From positions 39,990,001 to 40,054,000 of the forward strand of contig NW_025964001.1 of the NCBI RefSeq assembly GCF_023055435.1: a DNA stretch of 64,000 bases, given 5' to 3'. Below the pieces are notes generated by a model. It did not search any database and had not been told where the DNA came from. It saw only the letters and a program-made list of their open reading frames with translations. How positions within the stretch are numbered: the stretch's first letter is position 1; the number at the start of each line of letters is the position of its first letter. The translations under genes and the position numbers were made by a program. Source of the stretch: Haliotis rufescens. Its lineage: Eukaryota. This document shows positions 63,235 through 64,000 of this stretch, in pieces.

Positions 63235-63829
63235 TCATGAAGCTTGCCACACATTCGTGATGTCATCTGACAGGTTTAGGCTGCCAGAGTGTTGGGATAC
63301 TGTCGTCAGTCAGTGTGAAAGTATACGAGTAAACGTAGTGGAAGCGCTATGACCGCTTTGTGATTTGTTTGTTTGTTGCTTAACGTCGCACTCATCAGTA
63401 TTCCGGCTATATGACGGCGATCTGTAAATAATCGAGTGTGAAACGAGACAGGAAAATGTTCCACAATACAATGTTAGCGATTAAACGATCGCAACTGCCA
63501 TACAACGACAGTTGGTAGTGCTATGATCGCTTCGTGAAACTGATCTGTATTTTCAGGCCCGCCAACACTTTATACCCGCAAACGTCTTCGTGTACCTTGG
63601 CGTACTCGTCTTTCAGAGACCTGTGAACTCCTTCAACGCATACATCGTAGTTAATCGCAGAACTATACAGCCACCCCTTGAATGTAGGATATTGATGTTT
63701 TAGACTGCAATCGAATTGGGGACCCTGTGCTGTCTTTCCAACTGTGGTCGTGAACACCAAAGCGACATCGTTCACTTGACATCAGCATCGTGAACACCAA
63801 ATGGCGGGGTTACTCTATCCAACCAGATT

Positions 63830-63985
63830 GGACCAGATGGTCAGGCTCTTTGATTGTGTGTTATTGTACCTCGACGACATAGGACGTTGTTCATGATATC
63901 AACCCTGGTTTGTCTGACCGACTCAAATATTAACAGGCCCCCGTGATATAGCTGGAATATTCCTGACTTTTAAAACAACAAACAA
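63830..63985 (+). mobile_element. SINE-like family B, diverged 3' part
   Basis: tggtcaggctc...cgtgatatagctggaatattcctga..aaaacaacaaacaaa. Confidence 0.7.
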
Positions 63986-64000
63986 AGGAATAAGCCCTTA

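Overview
Eukaryotic, repeat-rich, apparently non-coding window; the SINE repertoire suggests a gastropod mollusc, probably abalone (Haliotis), which is recognition from memory rather than a search result. No protein-coding gene, real tRNA, rRNA or CRISPR array can be supported, and the long ORFs in the track are translations of tandem repeats. Contents: five SINE-like families (A: tRNA-Asp-like head; B: no tRNA head; C: tRNA head plus Meta/MESC-like domain; D: tRNA head plus V-like domain; E: CORE-like), many non-autonomous DNA transposons (Tc1/Tigger-like, Kolobok-like, long-TIR MITEs, a Helentron-like element, a hairpin-headed element), several minisatellites, two assembly gaps, and GC-rich unique islands that look like cis-regulatory DNA. 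The most interesting signal is family B. It has a sharply defined 5' end that folds into an H-type pseudoknot plus hairpin, a candidate ribozyme or other structured leader. In two independent cases a B copy carries the unique upstream flank of another B copy in the same window (1.5 kb to 32.1 kb; 31.6 kb to 45.1 kb), and both donors have altered heads.
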